Positions 1 through 12,396 of a stretch of DNA of 64,000 bases are shown here, in pieces. A model generated the notes under the pieces. It did no database searches. It saw only the letters and a list, made by a program, of their open reading frames with translations, and had not been told where the DNA came from. The position numbers and the translations under genes were made by a program. The stretch comes from Euprymna scolopes. Lineage: Eukaryota. Positions within the stretch are counted from its first letter, which is position 1. The number at the start of each line of letters is the position of its first letter. The stretch lies in NCBI GenBank assembly GCA_053919585.1, contig CM132795.1; one strand, given 5' to 3'.

Positions 1-134
1 CTCCAACAACAGATAAAGAATTAAATTAAAGAGTTCCCCCCCTCTATCCCATAAAAGGAAAATAAAAATGAATAGTATTTTAAGAAGTGTTGCATTTGAT
101 GGTTTGTATATTGGTTTCATGTTGCCTTGTGACA

Positions 135-168
<34 letters not shown>

Positions 169-3100
169 ATATATATATATATATATACACATACACACAC
201 ACACTGAACATAGAAAATAACTTTACTGCAACTATTATTTTAGAGACTGTGCAATTATTCAGAAATTAAAATGAAAAAAAATGTCTTTTCCTACTTAGAA
301 AATTCACGACTCTTACATTTATTTGTTCATTCTTGAGGGATTTCTTCTTTCTAGATTATTTCAATGTCTTATTGGATATGACTATTTCATCCACAACATA
401 TTGTACAGTTTCCTGCTCTCTTTTTCACATTGTAATGACAAAATCAATTTTAAGATTTGAGATCTTTTTCTTCCATAAATTTATAACTAGAAAGTCGACA
501 TCTAATACTAAATCAAACTATGCCTTTTAAATCTACCACTTAAACATTTTTCCCCCAATTAAAATCTTTGTCACAAGTCTCCAACACAATGCTGATATAC
601 TTAGTTTAAAAATTCTTTTTACATCCTTGTATCATTAAAACCGGTTCTCTCACTGGACTTGTGCTTCATTTGTTTTGTAAGGAGAATGGCTAACCCCCTC
701 CCCTCCAATAGGATTAAAAACAAGATCTTTAAATGTTGAATAAACTCTGTGTGTGTTATATGCTGGGACAAAGAAATTATGATGGTATGAAAGTTATGTT
801 CCATTCCTACTTTGATAGGACAAGAAAGAAAATGCTGTTGTAAGACATAATTTTTTTTTTTTTTTCTTTTTTTTTAATCAGGGTGAAAGTTGCTTAGTCT
901 TTCCTTATTTATAAAAGCTTAATGCCTGGGGATTACTAAAAAAATTGAGCCTAAAAGGATACATATTTAATGACAGCTTCTAAAGATATTAGCATTAATA
1001 GTAGTAATGGGTCTGTTTGTGAAAAATGCATGGTCACAGAATTTCTAAGCCTTTCACCAGAGGTGGCCATGTCTGTAGCACCTATGCCAAAGGATAGCTT
1101 AGAACTGTTCATGTTTATGCTGTTTTGCAAATATTTAATGTGTGTGTTTGCATAAGTTAACTTTAATGGAAAGTCCTTAACAAAATTTGGTGCTTAATTT
1201 AATTAGAAGAAATGTGAGCAGAAATTGTTGTCTATTGGACGTAGCAATAGTTTGAATCAGTACATAATTTGTAAATGGTATATTATACCCAAACCCAGTT
1301 CACATTATCACCTTTTAAACAAGCCTAGTGAATATTGCTACCACTGTTCAGATTTATCGACTCCATCCAGCTGAGTTACCGCCTCTTCATTAAGTAGATA
1401 GGTTGGGAGGCCTATAATTTTTCAAGATTTAATTCTTGACATGTATCCTTATTCAAGTAACAACAAATGATTTTACCTAAATTCAAAATGTTACTCAATT
1501 AAAATGACTGCAGAAGATTTTTTTTTACTTGGGAATATTTTATATATGAAATGATTTCTCTTTCCTCCTTTACTATTTTTATATGCAGAAAACGCATGGT
1601 TAATTTTTTTTTAGCTAGTCATTTTATTCTTTAGTTGCTTATTTTGCTTTAAATTTCTTTGTCTTTTAGTGTTGTGATTTTTCCTTTGTTGTCGTTGTTG
1701 TCACTGCTATCTTGTATTTTTAGTCTTAGAAGATAATTTTCACTTAAAAGATTCTTTTTCTTTGTTCGTTGTTGATTAGCATTGTATCTTTATTTCTTTA
1801 CTTTTTTCATTTCCAAATGAAATATTTGGAAGCAAATCTTAATTTCTCTTCTCACCATTTATCTTGGTTCCTCTTCCAATTTCCTTTCCTCTGCGTTGTG
1901 ATATTAAGTCTCATACCATTTTCACAAATTATTTTTCTGTTTTTTTATAGAAATATGTTCAAAAAAATCAATGGGAGTGAGGAAGTTGAAAGGCATCAAA
2001 ACCTGTAAGTTCATTCCTAAGCTGACTCTATCTTGGGTCAATATATCATCGTGTACCATCTTTCTTTTCTATTTATCTATATATATATTCGTTGCCTTTT
2101 TCACTTCCTTTACAACACTATAGTCAACACCATCACGCTCTATTGCATGGATTTCGTTCTTCATTTCAAAGATTCTTTTGGCATACAATTAGGTTTTTGC
2201 CTTCAAGGTATTTCCGAAATTTGTCTTAACGTCACAGAATAATTGGTATCGGTTCAAACCTGTATTTTTTTTTATATTACACAAATGCTAATCACTTCAT
2301 GTCTGCAATTATTATTCATTTTTAAATGAATTTTAAAGTTAACTTTCTCAACCTGAAAAGAAATTCTCTGGCTAGCTTGCTTGGATATCTTTTTGTATAA
2401 CTATGCACTTAAATAACCTATCTTCATTAGAAAAGGCACTGAGTATGTGCTTTTGAGTCTGGTAATAATTTTGATCAGTTTGTTAATAGATAATCCCTAA
2501 AAACTCTTCAGAGATGTGATATCTATCACAATACCTCTCATGGAAAGATAAGCATAATTCTTATAGAACCTACTTAATACAAAGTTCTTACACTTTTTCT
2601 CCCTTTCTAAAAGACTATCCACTGCTTTACATCGATGATTGAGCTGAATGGTCCCTTACTGAGCAAAAGAAAAGTTTTATCAGGTTTTAAATTAATCATT
2701 TTTAGATCTCATTAAATGGCTATTTTGCATCAATAAATATCATTTTAAACTTTTTAATCAAATTTTATTTTCTATCATCTGTCATTTTTGCCTGAAGATT
2801 AGCTTTCATTTAGTTTTAATTCATAAAAGAAATACTTCAATTTCCCCTGTAAGTAATGTTTAAAATGTTCTTAATGTCTGTAGGTTAATTATTTATCTTA
2901 AAGTTGAGAAAACTAATAATCTGTTTATTTTTCTATTTGGAGAGATTGTTATAAATTGCCCAGAGAAGATGCCAGGTAGATGTTTTAAAACAAAACAAAA
3001 TTGAGAATATTTATAAATCGTGCAATTTTATATTTTGATATCTTTTCTCTTTTCTGCTCCTCATTCACTTCATATTCTAACAAAGAGTTGGAGTAGCCTC

Positions 3101-4399
3101 TGTTCAGCTAGTTTTCTAAAGATTTTGACATTAGACTCGCCTCAATTTTTTTTTTTTTTTTTTTTTTTCTGGTATAATAGTTGTGAAACAAAATACACCC
3201 CCCTCCCTTTATTTCTCAAATCTTCCTATTGACGAAATTAATTTATTTTAATCCTTTGATCTATTAGAATAAAACTGTAAATGTTGATTTATATTAGCTT
3301 GTGCAATAAAGCAGAGAAAAAGCATGTATATATATTTTCAGTATTCAACACTTCTCAATATATTAATAGAGCAATTAACCTGATTTTCTTTGGCACAGAT
3401 TAACATTCTGCATAGATCTTAGTGAATAATTATTACATTTTTTTAAAAATTTTTAAAAAATTAATTAAAACAAATGGGAGTCTTCAAATACATGTAATGA
3501 TTTAACATGAAAAATAAACTATTTGTATGTAAAGTGTTATAAAACCAATAAAATTTGTTTTCATTACTTTTATACTTACCCTGATTATTCTTAGTATAAC
3601 AAAATATTAAACTGGAAAGGAATGCTAAAAAAATCTTTGAACATTTATTTTCTTCACCTTGAACAAGGCACATTGCCTCTGAGATCTAGAGGGCAACAGG
3701 GATGTTCTAAGTTGAGCAATGAGGTGTTTGTTCACATGACATTTATATTTCAGTATGTTGGAATAGGAGGCAATTCCAAAGGTTAGCATCTCACGCAATG
3801 AATCTATTGGTATTAAGCTTTCCAGCATCTAGGGGCCTCTCTCTGCAGTAAAGGGGTGGAATTTTGCTGATTGTTAAGTTGGTTGGGTGTATTTATGTCA
3901 AAGGGATAAGAGTTCATTAGAACACATTCATACCATTGAAGTGTCTGTTGCCTCTTTGTACTTGTAAAACCTTGTAGCAGAGGGTAAAAATTCAATTTAA
4001 CATTTAAAAAAAAAAAAAAAAATTCTCAATGTAATTAAATAATTCCAAAATATTTATATTCAAAGACCTGCAAATAATCTAACCCACACACAAATACATA
4101 CTAACAGAAGAAATAATTTATATATTTTAGTTTTGTCGAGGTAGCTAAAATACAATTTATTTAAAAATATGTGTGTTTAATTTACTTTTCTAAATGTTTT
4201 ATATATAGTTTTGGAAGTTTATTTAAAAGTAGATGAAAAATAAATTTGTTTTAAAAATTTTCCTTTGTTGGAACATTATTTTGTCAGTAAGTCAATTAAT
4301 CTCCAGTGTTGCTGAATAGTTTTACTTACATGAGCAAACAATAATACCAATGTTCTTTAAAAGGTCATCAGTTGTTTACCATGAAACACTGTTTTGGGG

Positions 4400-4403
<4 letters not shown>

Positions 4404-4445
<42 letters not shown>
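4404..4445. repeat. (TA)n microsatellite
   Basis: Seen directly; similar tracts at ~17119-17151 and ~46839-46877, and (TG)n at ~43102-43129. Confidence 0.95.
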
Positions 4446-4455
<10 letters not shown>

Positions 4456-4465
4456 GACAAACACA

Positions 4466-4960
4466 CTAGCAGGTATACCTGGTGTTACCCAGGTTGTATT
4501 TGGACACATCTGATAACTTAGGATATTGAGCTGGCGCTGTTGGAATATTTACTTTTATTTCCCTCCCCATCTTTCTTTAAACTGTGCGACTTTGAAAGTT
4601 TAATTGGTAAGTTTAAAAATATGGGCCATTGTATGCAATATTGAGGTTGTGTACAAACTTCAAACTTCAACAAAATAAAAAGTTGCTTTTAACCCCTCCT
4701 GCCATATGACCAGTTTTAAAACTGGTAAAACTATTAAGTGTATTTGGTATGTTATCCTGCAGTGTGGAAATTTAATAAAATGTTTTTGATACAGTAAAGT
4801 AAATAAAATATGTACCTCTCAAATAACAAAGATTTTTGTGCAATGTACAGAATTTGATTTTTAAAACAAATGCATTATCAAATATTTACGATGATACTTT
4901 CTATTACTTAGTGTGCTAATATTTTATTTCTAAATTAAATTGAAAATGGTAGCATAATCC
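4466..4960 (-). mobile_element. Non-autonomous Helitron-like element, 3' end at 4466
   Basis: On the - strand a short hairpin (ACCTGG/CCAGGT, 4477-4494) is followed by terminal CTAG|T, the typical Helitron 3' signature. Far boundary approximate. Confidence 0.45.
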
Positions 4961-5089
4961 AGTTGGCTCTAAAAAAAAAAAAAAAATGGGGAAAAAAAAA
5001 GGATTAAAATAGTATTTAGCCTTCTAAATGCCAATTGCTGATGATATCAGGTTGACAAAGTTCTTGGGGGTTTTTAACTTTTAAATTCA

Positions 5090-6080
5090 GATGATGTATC
5101 GGTTCAAACAAAAATATAGTGACTGAAATAAGCACCATCAGAATCAAGCCACTTTTGCCAATGCAAAACAAGTGTATTTATGCCAGTAATGTAAAAAAAA
5201 AAAAAAAAAAAAAAAATCTTGCATTCTAGTAGCAATGAAGTTGCTAAAGGCATTTTTTTTTTTTTTTTTTTTTTAAAGCATTTCTCACACAGAAAGTTGT
5301 CAAGATGCTGTAAAAAGTTGTAGCCGATAGATGAGAGGTCTGGAGAATATGGTGGATGAGGCAGTTTTGTAGCCCAATTCTGCAGGGTCGGTTTAGCAAT
5401 GTGCGGCCGGGCAATGTCGTGGAGGAGAATTAGGTCTCTTCTTTTGACTAATACTGGGTGGTGTTCAAGTTTCTGATGCATTTCATCCATTTGTTGATGA
5501 CAGTACTTTGCTGCCGTAATGGTTTCGCCTGCATTAAAAAAAAGCTAATGGATGAGACTGGTCGCAGACCACCAAACATGACCTCCTTTTGGTGAAACTT
5601 TGGCTTCGGGAAGTGTCGTGGAACTTCGTCTGCATCTAACCACTGATCCGAGTATAGCTGGTTGTCATAAAGAACCCACTTTTCATCTCTAGTCACAACC
5701 CGGACGAGAAACGGATCGTTCTTGTTGTGTAAAAGAAAGGAAGATGACACTTTATGACAGTGTTTCTTTTGTTTGTTGTTCAATTGGTGAGGCACCCATT
5801 TATCAAGTTTTTTTTTTTTTTTTTTTTTTGTCTTTCCAATCTCTCAAGTGGCTGGAAATCGTCATATACATTACGTTTAATTTAGAGACAAGTTCTGGAA
5901 CTGTTGTGCATAAATTAGTTTCGACTAAGGCTCTTAATTGATCGTTGTCAACATCCGATGGCCGACCATTACGCTCATCATCTTCAAGACTCCTCACCGC
6001 CACAAAATTTCTTAACCCACCATTGTGCTGTGCGTACAGTAGTGGTTCCTGGGCCACATGCTTTATTGATATTGAGTTAT
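5090..6080 (-). mobile_element. Mariner (Tc1/mariner) transposase relic, frameshifted
   Basis: Three overlapping ORF pieces: SLEDDERNGRPS (HTH linker), PHQL...VTRDEKWVLYDN, LLHDIARPH...LPHPPYSPDL. Confidence 0.92.
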
Positions 6081-9000
6081 TTCATCAGTTTTTCGGCCTA
6101 AAAAAGGATCTGCATGAGGGTAGGGTAGCAGTAGAATTCCCACTAGTTTTCATGTTTTATTTTTAAAGCAGTAATAAACACACATTGAATGATTTTAAAA
6201 ATCTTCTTTCTCCCCCCCCCCCCCAAAAAAAAAGAATATTACCAACTAAATTAACCCAACCATAATTGATTATGCACAAAAAAAAATTTCTTTCAACAAT
6301 TAAAATTATTATCGATTAAATAAGAAAAAAATGTAGAAATATATCCAATTTAGAAGCGATATATTTAATACAGGTTTTTTGTAAATAAAATTATTCAGAC
6401 AGCAAGGTTTTAAAAAAATTGACAAATTAATTTTGTTTTTTCTGGAAATGGTTATCTGCACACAAAAAAAAAAAAACCTTATATTTTTGCAAGTCCTCAT
6501 CTTCTTTCGATTGACTATGCTTAATTTTGCCGGTTGCAACTTCCGGTTTTGCCATAGACGCATCAGCAAAGAGATCCCCCCTCCCTCACACACGCACACC
6601 TTTTCCTTTTTCTCCTTTGCGTTAGGGATTTGAGCCTGCCTACTTCTCTCTCTCTCTCTCTCTTTCTCTCTCTTCCCCCCACCCCCTTTTTTTTGGGGGG
6701 GGGGTAAAAAAAAAATTATCGGTTTCCAGTCTGTTGCTTAAAAAAATTGTTAGGTTTAGCCAATAATTAAGAACTAGATTAAACAAATCACCGTTAAATA
6801 ATATGCCTAATTAAAACAATTCTGTTACACTAAATAAATAACATGGCGCTAATTATTAAAATAGATATTCTTTAATGTAATATATAAATTACCTTGCCTC
6901 TAATGTAGATTTCCTTTAAATAAATAGTATGTATTGAGCAGATGGAATAAAAGTGTATAAAGTCCCTTTTCCCTTAGTAAAATAAATTTGATTAATACAT
7001 AAAAAGGTACACCATTTCTCAAATTGTGAACAGACAGCAATACAACTTTATTATCTTCTATATTAATAAAGTAGCCGCAGGAATTCCCCTCTGGACAAAA
7101 ATATAGGTTTGCAACAACATATGCCACGTACAAATTCAATACATCTAGGCTGATAGCTACTATCTTATGTAGCTTTTGAACACCATTTCAGACACATTCA
7201 GTCATGATAATAAAATACTACATTACATCCTACAAGCAACACTATCACAATCACAACATTGTTAGAGGAAGGAGTCCATATTTTTCTCTAAATATTTAGT
7301 ACCATTCCTACCAGTAATAACTGGGAGGAATTCCAAAGATTCTGTGATTACACCGACCGTAACTGGCTAATGCATACAATTTCCGATTCATACATAATAA
7401 AGCCTCTCTTTCCAAAGTCCGTCCATTCTCATTGGCTGAGCTCTGATAATTCTCAAATTCCGGTATTCATGTCTTTTCTTTATAAAGAAACGATTACTAA
7501 CATTAAAATATGGTGTCACTAAGAGACATTATTTCGCCCGGCGTCCAGTCCATTTAATACATAAGTCATTTTAATCATGTAAGATCAAAAAATACAAGAG
7601 AGAAAATCATTAAAAGAACATTCAATAACCAGTATAATTGATTTCTTTTACAAAGTTCAAAACGCGGTATCCATTATAAGAATATCCATCGTTGTCAGAA
7701 CAACAAAAAAATTACATGGCCCTTGCGATTGAGATTTTTTTTACCATTGAACACACTTTATATTAGACTGGTATTCCGTTACCCATTTTTATTTTTTACT
7801 CCAGTTTACATGCTATCTTTAGCAAATTTTAACATTAGAACCTTTAAAACCGACTTTCTTCTATAACACTGTCGTCGTCATTGTCGAAAACCACGACAAA
7901 ACAGCTTCCCTAGATTCAAATCTTTCGCTTGTGTTTTTATCCCATTGAAAACACTTTGCACTACAGACACTCCATTTGTTCATTTTTTTTTTTCTTTTTC
8001 CTTACTTTTTTTTTTTCCTTTTTTTCTTTTTCCTTTTTTTTTTTTTTTTTCTTATTTATGCAACACATTCCATAATACAAACATGGGTGCACCCTAACAA
8101 TCGGCACCCCATCACATATTTTTACCTTTTCGGTTTTTTTCAACTAATTCTGCAGATTTTTATTGCTTGGACACTAAGCTACCATATTATAAAAGAATAT
8201 TGATACACAAAAAAAAAAATGTCCCCTTCCAAATCTTTATATATTAAATCTTTTTTTTTTTTCATATTTATTATTTATTATAACATTGCATGTGGAAGGG
8301 AAACCCCCCTTCCAAATGTTAAAACATACAGCCTTTCCTGGTGGTTTCCTAGGTTCAATCGATAATAATCCGCACAAATAGTTGAAAAAAGACGGGGGGG
8401 GGGGGATTGTTCAAGTGCACCCTAATATGGTTTGGCTGACCCTGGCCATTACATTTCACCTTTTCAGTTTTTCATACTTTCTTTTCCGACGATTATCATC
8501 AATTACAGGCATATTTCAGCTTACAAAAAAAATTTACAAAAAATAAAAAATTTGGTGGACCCGAACAATGCTGCCTCTACCATTTGCATTTATTTTTCAC
8601 TTATTCATAAATTTTTCAGACGATTATTAGCGTTTACAGGTTTAAATTTGGAATTATAACGTTCTACTACAGTGAACACCCACTTTTTGGCCATTCCCGT
8701 TGTTAATGCTGCCATGAGCATTTAGATTTTTCATTTTCAATTTTTTGCAAATTTCTACAGTGCTCATCATAGATTACATGCTTAGCTTTTACATTACGAA
8801 AATACCTTGGAAAAAAAATTGTATACACCTTACCAAAAGAAAAGGAAAATATTTAACAGCTAGAGGCAGCATGAACAACTGACGTGGCAAAAAAAAAGTG
8901 TGTTCCGTTTAAGACGTTATTACAAATTGATCCCCCAATATTAGTCATTAAAAATACTACCTTTACATTTTTTTATTCTCTACTACCACTTTTTTACACC

Positions 9001-12000
9001 CCTCCCCCTTTTATATATTGAATACATTCAAGCTTTGTAATAGCAATCGCATCTTCTGATCTGAAAGATGACATTTCCATTTGTATCTAATGTTCAGAAT
9101 TACAACTTATATATGGCAATAGATTGGTATGACAAAAATTTGATCCATTTCGTCCTGTGACTTCGAAAAATTTGTTAGCTAAAACTATCTTGTTCTGTAC
9201 TTTTGATAAATGTTTATAATAAGATAATGCATATGTGGACTAGATTTGAAGTAAGCTTATGTTGATTTATAACATATTTTTTAGGATTTTAATTTCTACT
9301 CAATTCTGAAGTACTGATTTCATCTTTATTTCCTTAATTATATAAACAAGTAATTTTTTTAGTCCATTGTTTCTGACATATACATGTGATAGTAAAACCC
9401 TTCTCTATCACTATTTTTAACAATAGATTTTAGCTGCTGCCTTTTTTTTTTTTTTTTTTTTTGGTAGTACGAAACTGAATACAATTCTAAGATTCTAAAT
9501 CCAATATCTTTTATCTGATATTCTACAAATTAGTATTCTGGATCATTAACTCTTCTGTGGAGGCAATTAGTTTTCCAAGTAGATCCATGTTCATTTTCTG
9601 ATTCATAAATTAGTGACTTGTTTATAGATATCCTAGGTGCAGCATTCACCTTTTGGTATGTTTCTAGTGGATATTCACAAGCTGTCTGCCACATGTATAG
9701 ATTGTATATAGAAATGGTGGAGAGAAAGTTATTACTCCTATCCCACCTGATAGCGTGTCGTCTTAATCCTTTGGTGGAAACAATGAAAACCTTATGCAAA
9801 TAGGCTCACGTTATCATAGATATGGCACATTATATAATTAATGGCTGCTATATTTGATGTCATAGCTGGAAAATATAGGTGGTAGTAAAAGTTCACCCAG
9901 TTAAAATTTGAGATCTGTGTGCTTATGTATGAATGTTCCTACATTACCATACGTTTTCAATCGTTGGCAAGATTTCCGCATGCATGTACTGCGAATTTTT
10001 TAATGGACTGTTCCTAAAATATTTAAAAAGAATTTCAGTATATCTAGTGTTCTGTGAAATTTTCTTTTCGATTTCTAATTGGAAACTTCTATTTACTAAA
10101 CTCCTTGACACTCACTTTTCAATTTAGATATATGAATGTATATAAATGCTCATTTCATGTTGATCCAGATTCTATCAATATGGACATACTAATATGCAAA
10201 ATTGCATAAAACACATTGTTTTTTAAGCTTTACTTTATTTCTGAGGTTTGTTCTTACTACTGCTGTTGACTGTAATACCCACTTTTCAGCTTTGTTAGTT
10301 TCTTTTCTTTTGGGATATACACATTGATTTAAATTTTGTTCATGCATATAAGCAAAAATTATGCTGGCATCAAGGATATATTTGAAGGAAATAGGGTTGA
10401 AATTAGTTTTAATATTATTTGGGGATGTATTGATTATGCTAATGTTTCATCAGAGGTAAGTATCAGTTAGGACGCTTGATTCTTAAAATAGGTTTAAATG
10501 TTGGCACTGTGAATGTAAGCAAAAAAGAACATTATGGTCTTAATTTCATTTTTAATATGGGTGACACATTCTATAACTTTTGTTTGTATGAAACCTGATA
10601 TAGACAACTTTGCAAGGTCTTATTTTAGCCTTAAAATCAATACACAAAAACACTGGTTCGTGTCTTAGTTCTGTTTACAAGTTTGCATATCTGGGTAATA
10701 CTTGATCATTTATAGTCTGTATGTCTACTGATTGTCTGTACTAGTTCTGCATTTGACAGATTTTTTGACATTGCATGGAGATGCAAGCATGTGAAAAATC
10801 CTACTATAATGAAAGTTTACTAAATGCTTCTGACTTGCAATGGTTTCAGTTTGATAACCCTGCCATGATCAGATGTATGTGCAGCAATAAACTAGGAGAA
10901 TCTCTTTAATCATGCTCTCGGAACCTTGGTATTGGTGGTATTTTGTGATGTCTTGCGCATTCTGCATCTCTGATGGTTTAGCCATGTACAGCAGGTCACC
11001 TTCTGCATTAACTCCATAGCACACATTGATACCCTAGGCATGAAGATCTGTGGTAGATCAAGGAAAACCTGACTAGAATACATACAAATTGACTTGCCTG
11101 TTTGTAATGTAACTGGTATTGGTCACAAGGAGAGCAGGTATGAGGTGTTGCTCTCTCTCAGAACCTTATATACCAAAGCTTGATGAATATTGGTCTCTTT
11201 TTTTTTTCCTCTTATTTATATTAATGAAACTAACAAGCCTGCCAAGCAATTCCTTGCATATCAGATGGCTGAGAATCGTAGGTCATGATTTCAGGCATAA
11301 CAAACATGGAAAGTAGTCAATCGGAATGATCTAAATGTGTATTATGTATGGCAAATGTTTACAATTGATAGATTATTCTTGAAAGGTCTCTTCCAAAATT
11401 AGTTATCACAGAGTGGCCAGTACAAAGCTCTATAAACCTTAGAGGACTATTATAGATCCAGTTGTGTTGTGGTCAACCATACAAAAAAGCAGAACAGAAT
11501 TTTTTTTTTTCTTAAAACATAATCTCTGAAGAGAGTTGTGTTCAGACTGGACTTGTCAGGCACATTTTTACTAGATTCAGTCATTTGTGATTAAAGGACG
11601 AACATGCACATGAATTCCAAAATCATTTTTCAAAAACAATTTCATTTTTCTTTTAGTTTTCAAGGTTTTATTTTAATATATTTGATATAAAATTTCCAAC
11701 TCTTGATAAGTTGAATAAAAAATTTTTTTTAATTCTTATGATGACTGGATTTTGAATTGATACTCAAGATTTTTTTTTTTTAGATTTGTCTTTGTACATT
11801 TGTATTTATTTAAAGACAATATAAATATATATATGCAAGTATTACAGTTTAAAACAAACAGTATAACTTGAAGTTATAAACTATCTGTTCCTTGAAAATG
11901 ATAGCAAATAAATTTTTCTTGATAGATTTAGTGGATATCTTTGAATTTATCACTTTTCAGACAGTGTTTGTTTAAAATACATATGCTTAATTCTTTTTAG

Positions 12001-12287
12001 TTGGTTATCAATTCAAGCTACATACTCCAACTGTTGGAGTTACTACATGCATGCATTGATGTTTTTTTTCCCCCTTTTTCTGAAGTTTCATTGACAATGT
12101 AATGTATTCTAAACTCTAAGTGTATACCTTGAAATCATTACTTCTGAACATTTTTTTTAACTTTAATACATTTGAAATCATTACACTCTTGTTTATTGTA
12201 TGAATTGTACAATGTTTTATTTTGCTGGCCATAATAACCCAATCCTATGTTGTAATTCTTGCTTACTAAATTTTATTTTCATTCTAG

Positions 12288-12396
12288 GCTGGACCTTGGT
12301 GCCCTTCTTCAAAAAGCACAAGACCCTGTGACAGAAGCTCAGTATATTGCCCAGTATAACCAGCAAGCAACAGAGTCCCTAAAAAATACTATAGGG
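12288..12396 (+). CDS. UBAP2L: UBAP2/lingerer exon (LDLGALLQKAQDPVTEAQYIAQYNQQATESLKNTIG)
   Basis: ttctag| acceptor, |gtgagt donor, phase 2 to 0, joins next exon in frame. Confidence 0.85.

Larger units (their letters stand above)
295..6555 (-). pseudogene. Possible second decayed spliced gene, antisense and upstream of the first visible UBAP2 exon. Relics: 6478-6555, ~2593-2659, 1477-2352, 295/317-806
   Basis: 6555-6478 reads MAKPEVATGKIKHSQSKEDEDLQKYK|gt. 2352-1477 runs from ttcttttcag| to AG|gtaaaa (phase 2). 806-295 starts in phase 2 and stays in one frame (RNGT*LSYHHNFFVPAYNTHRVYSTFKDLVFNPIGG...). Many stops and some frameshifts. Confidence 0.4.
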
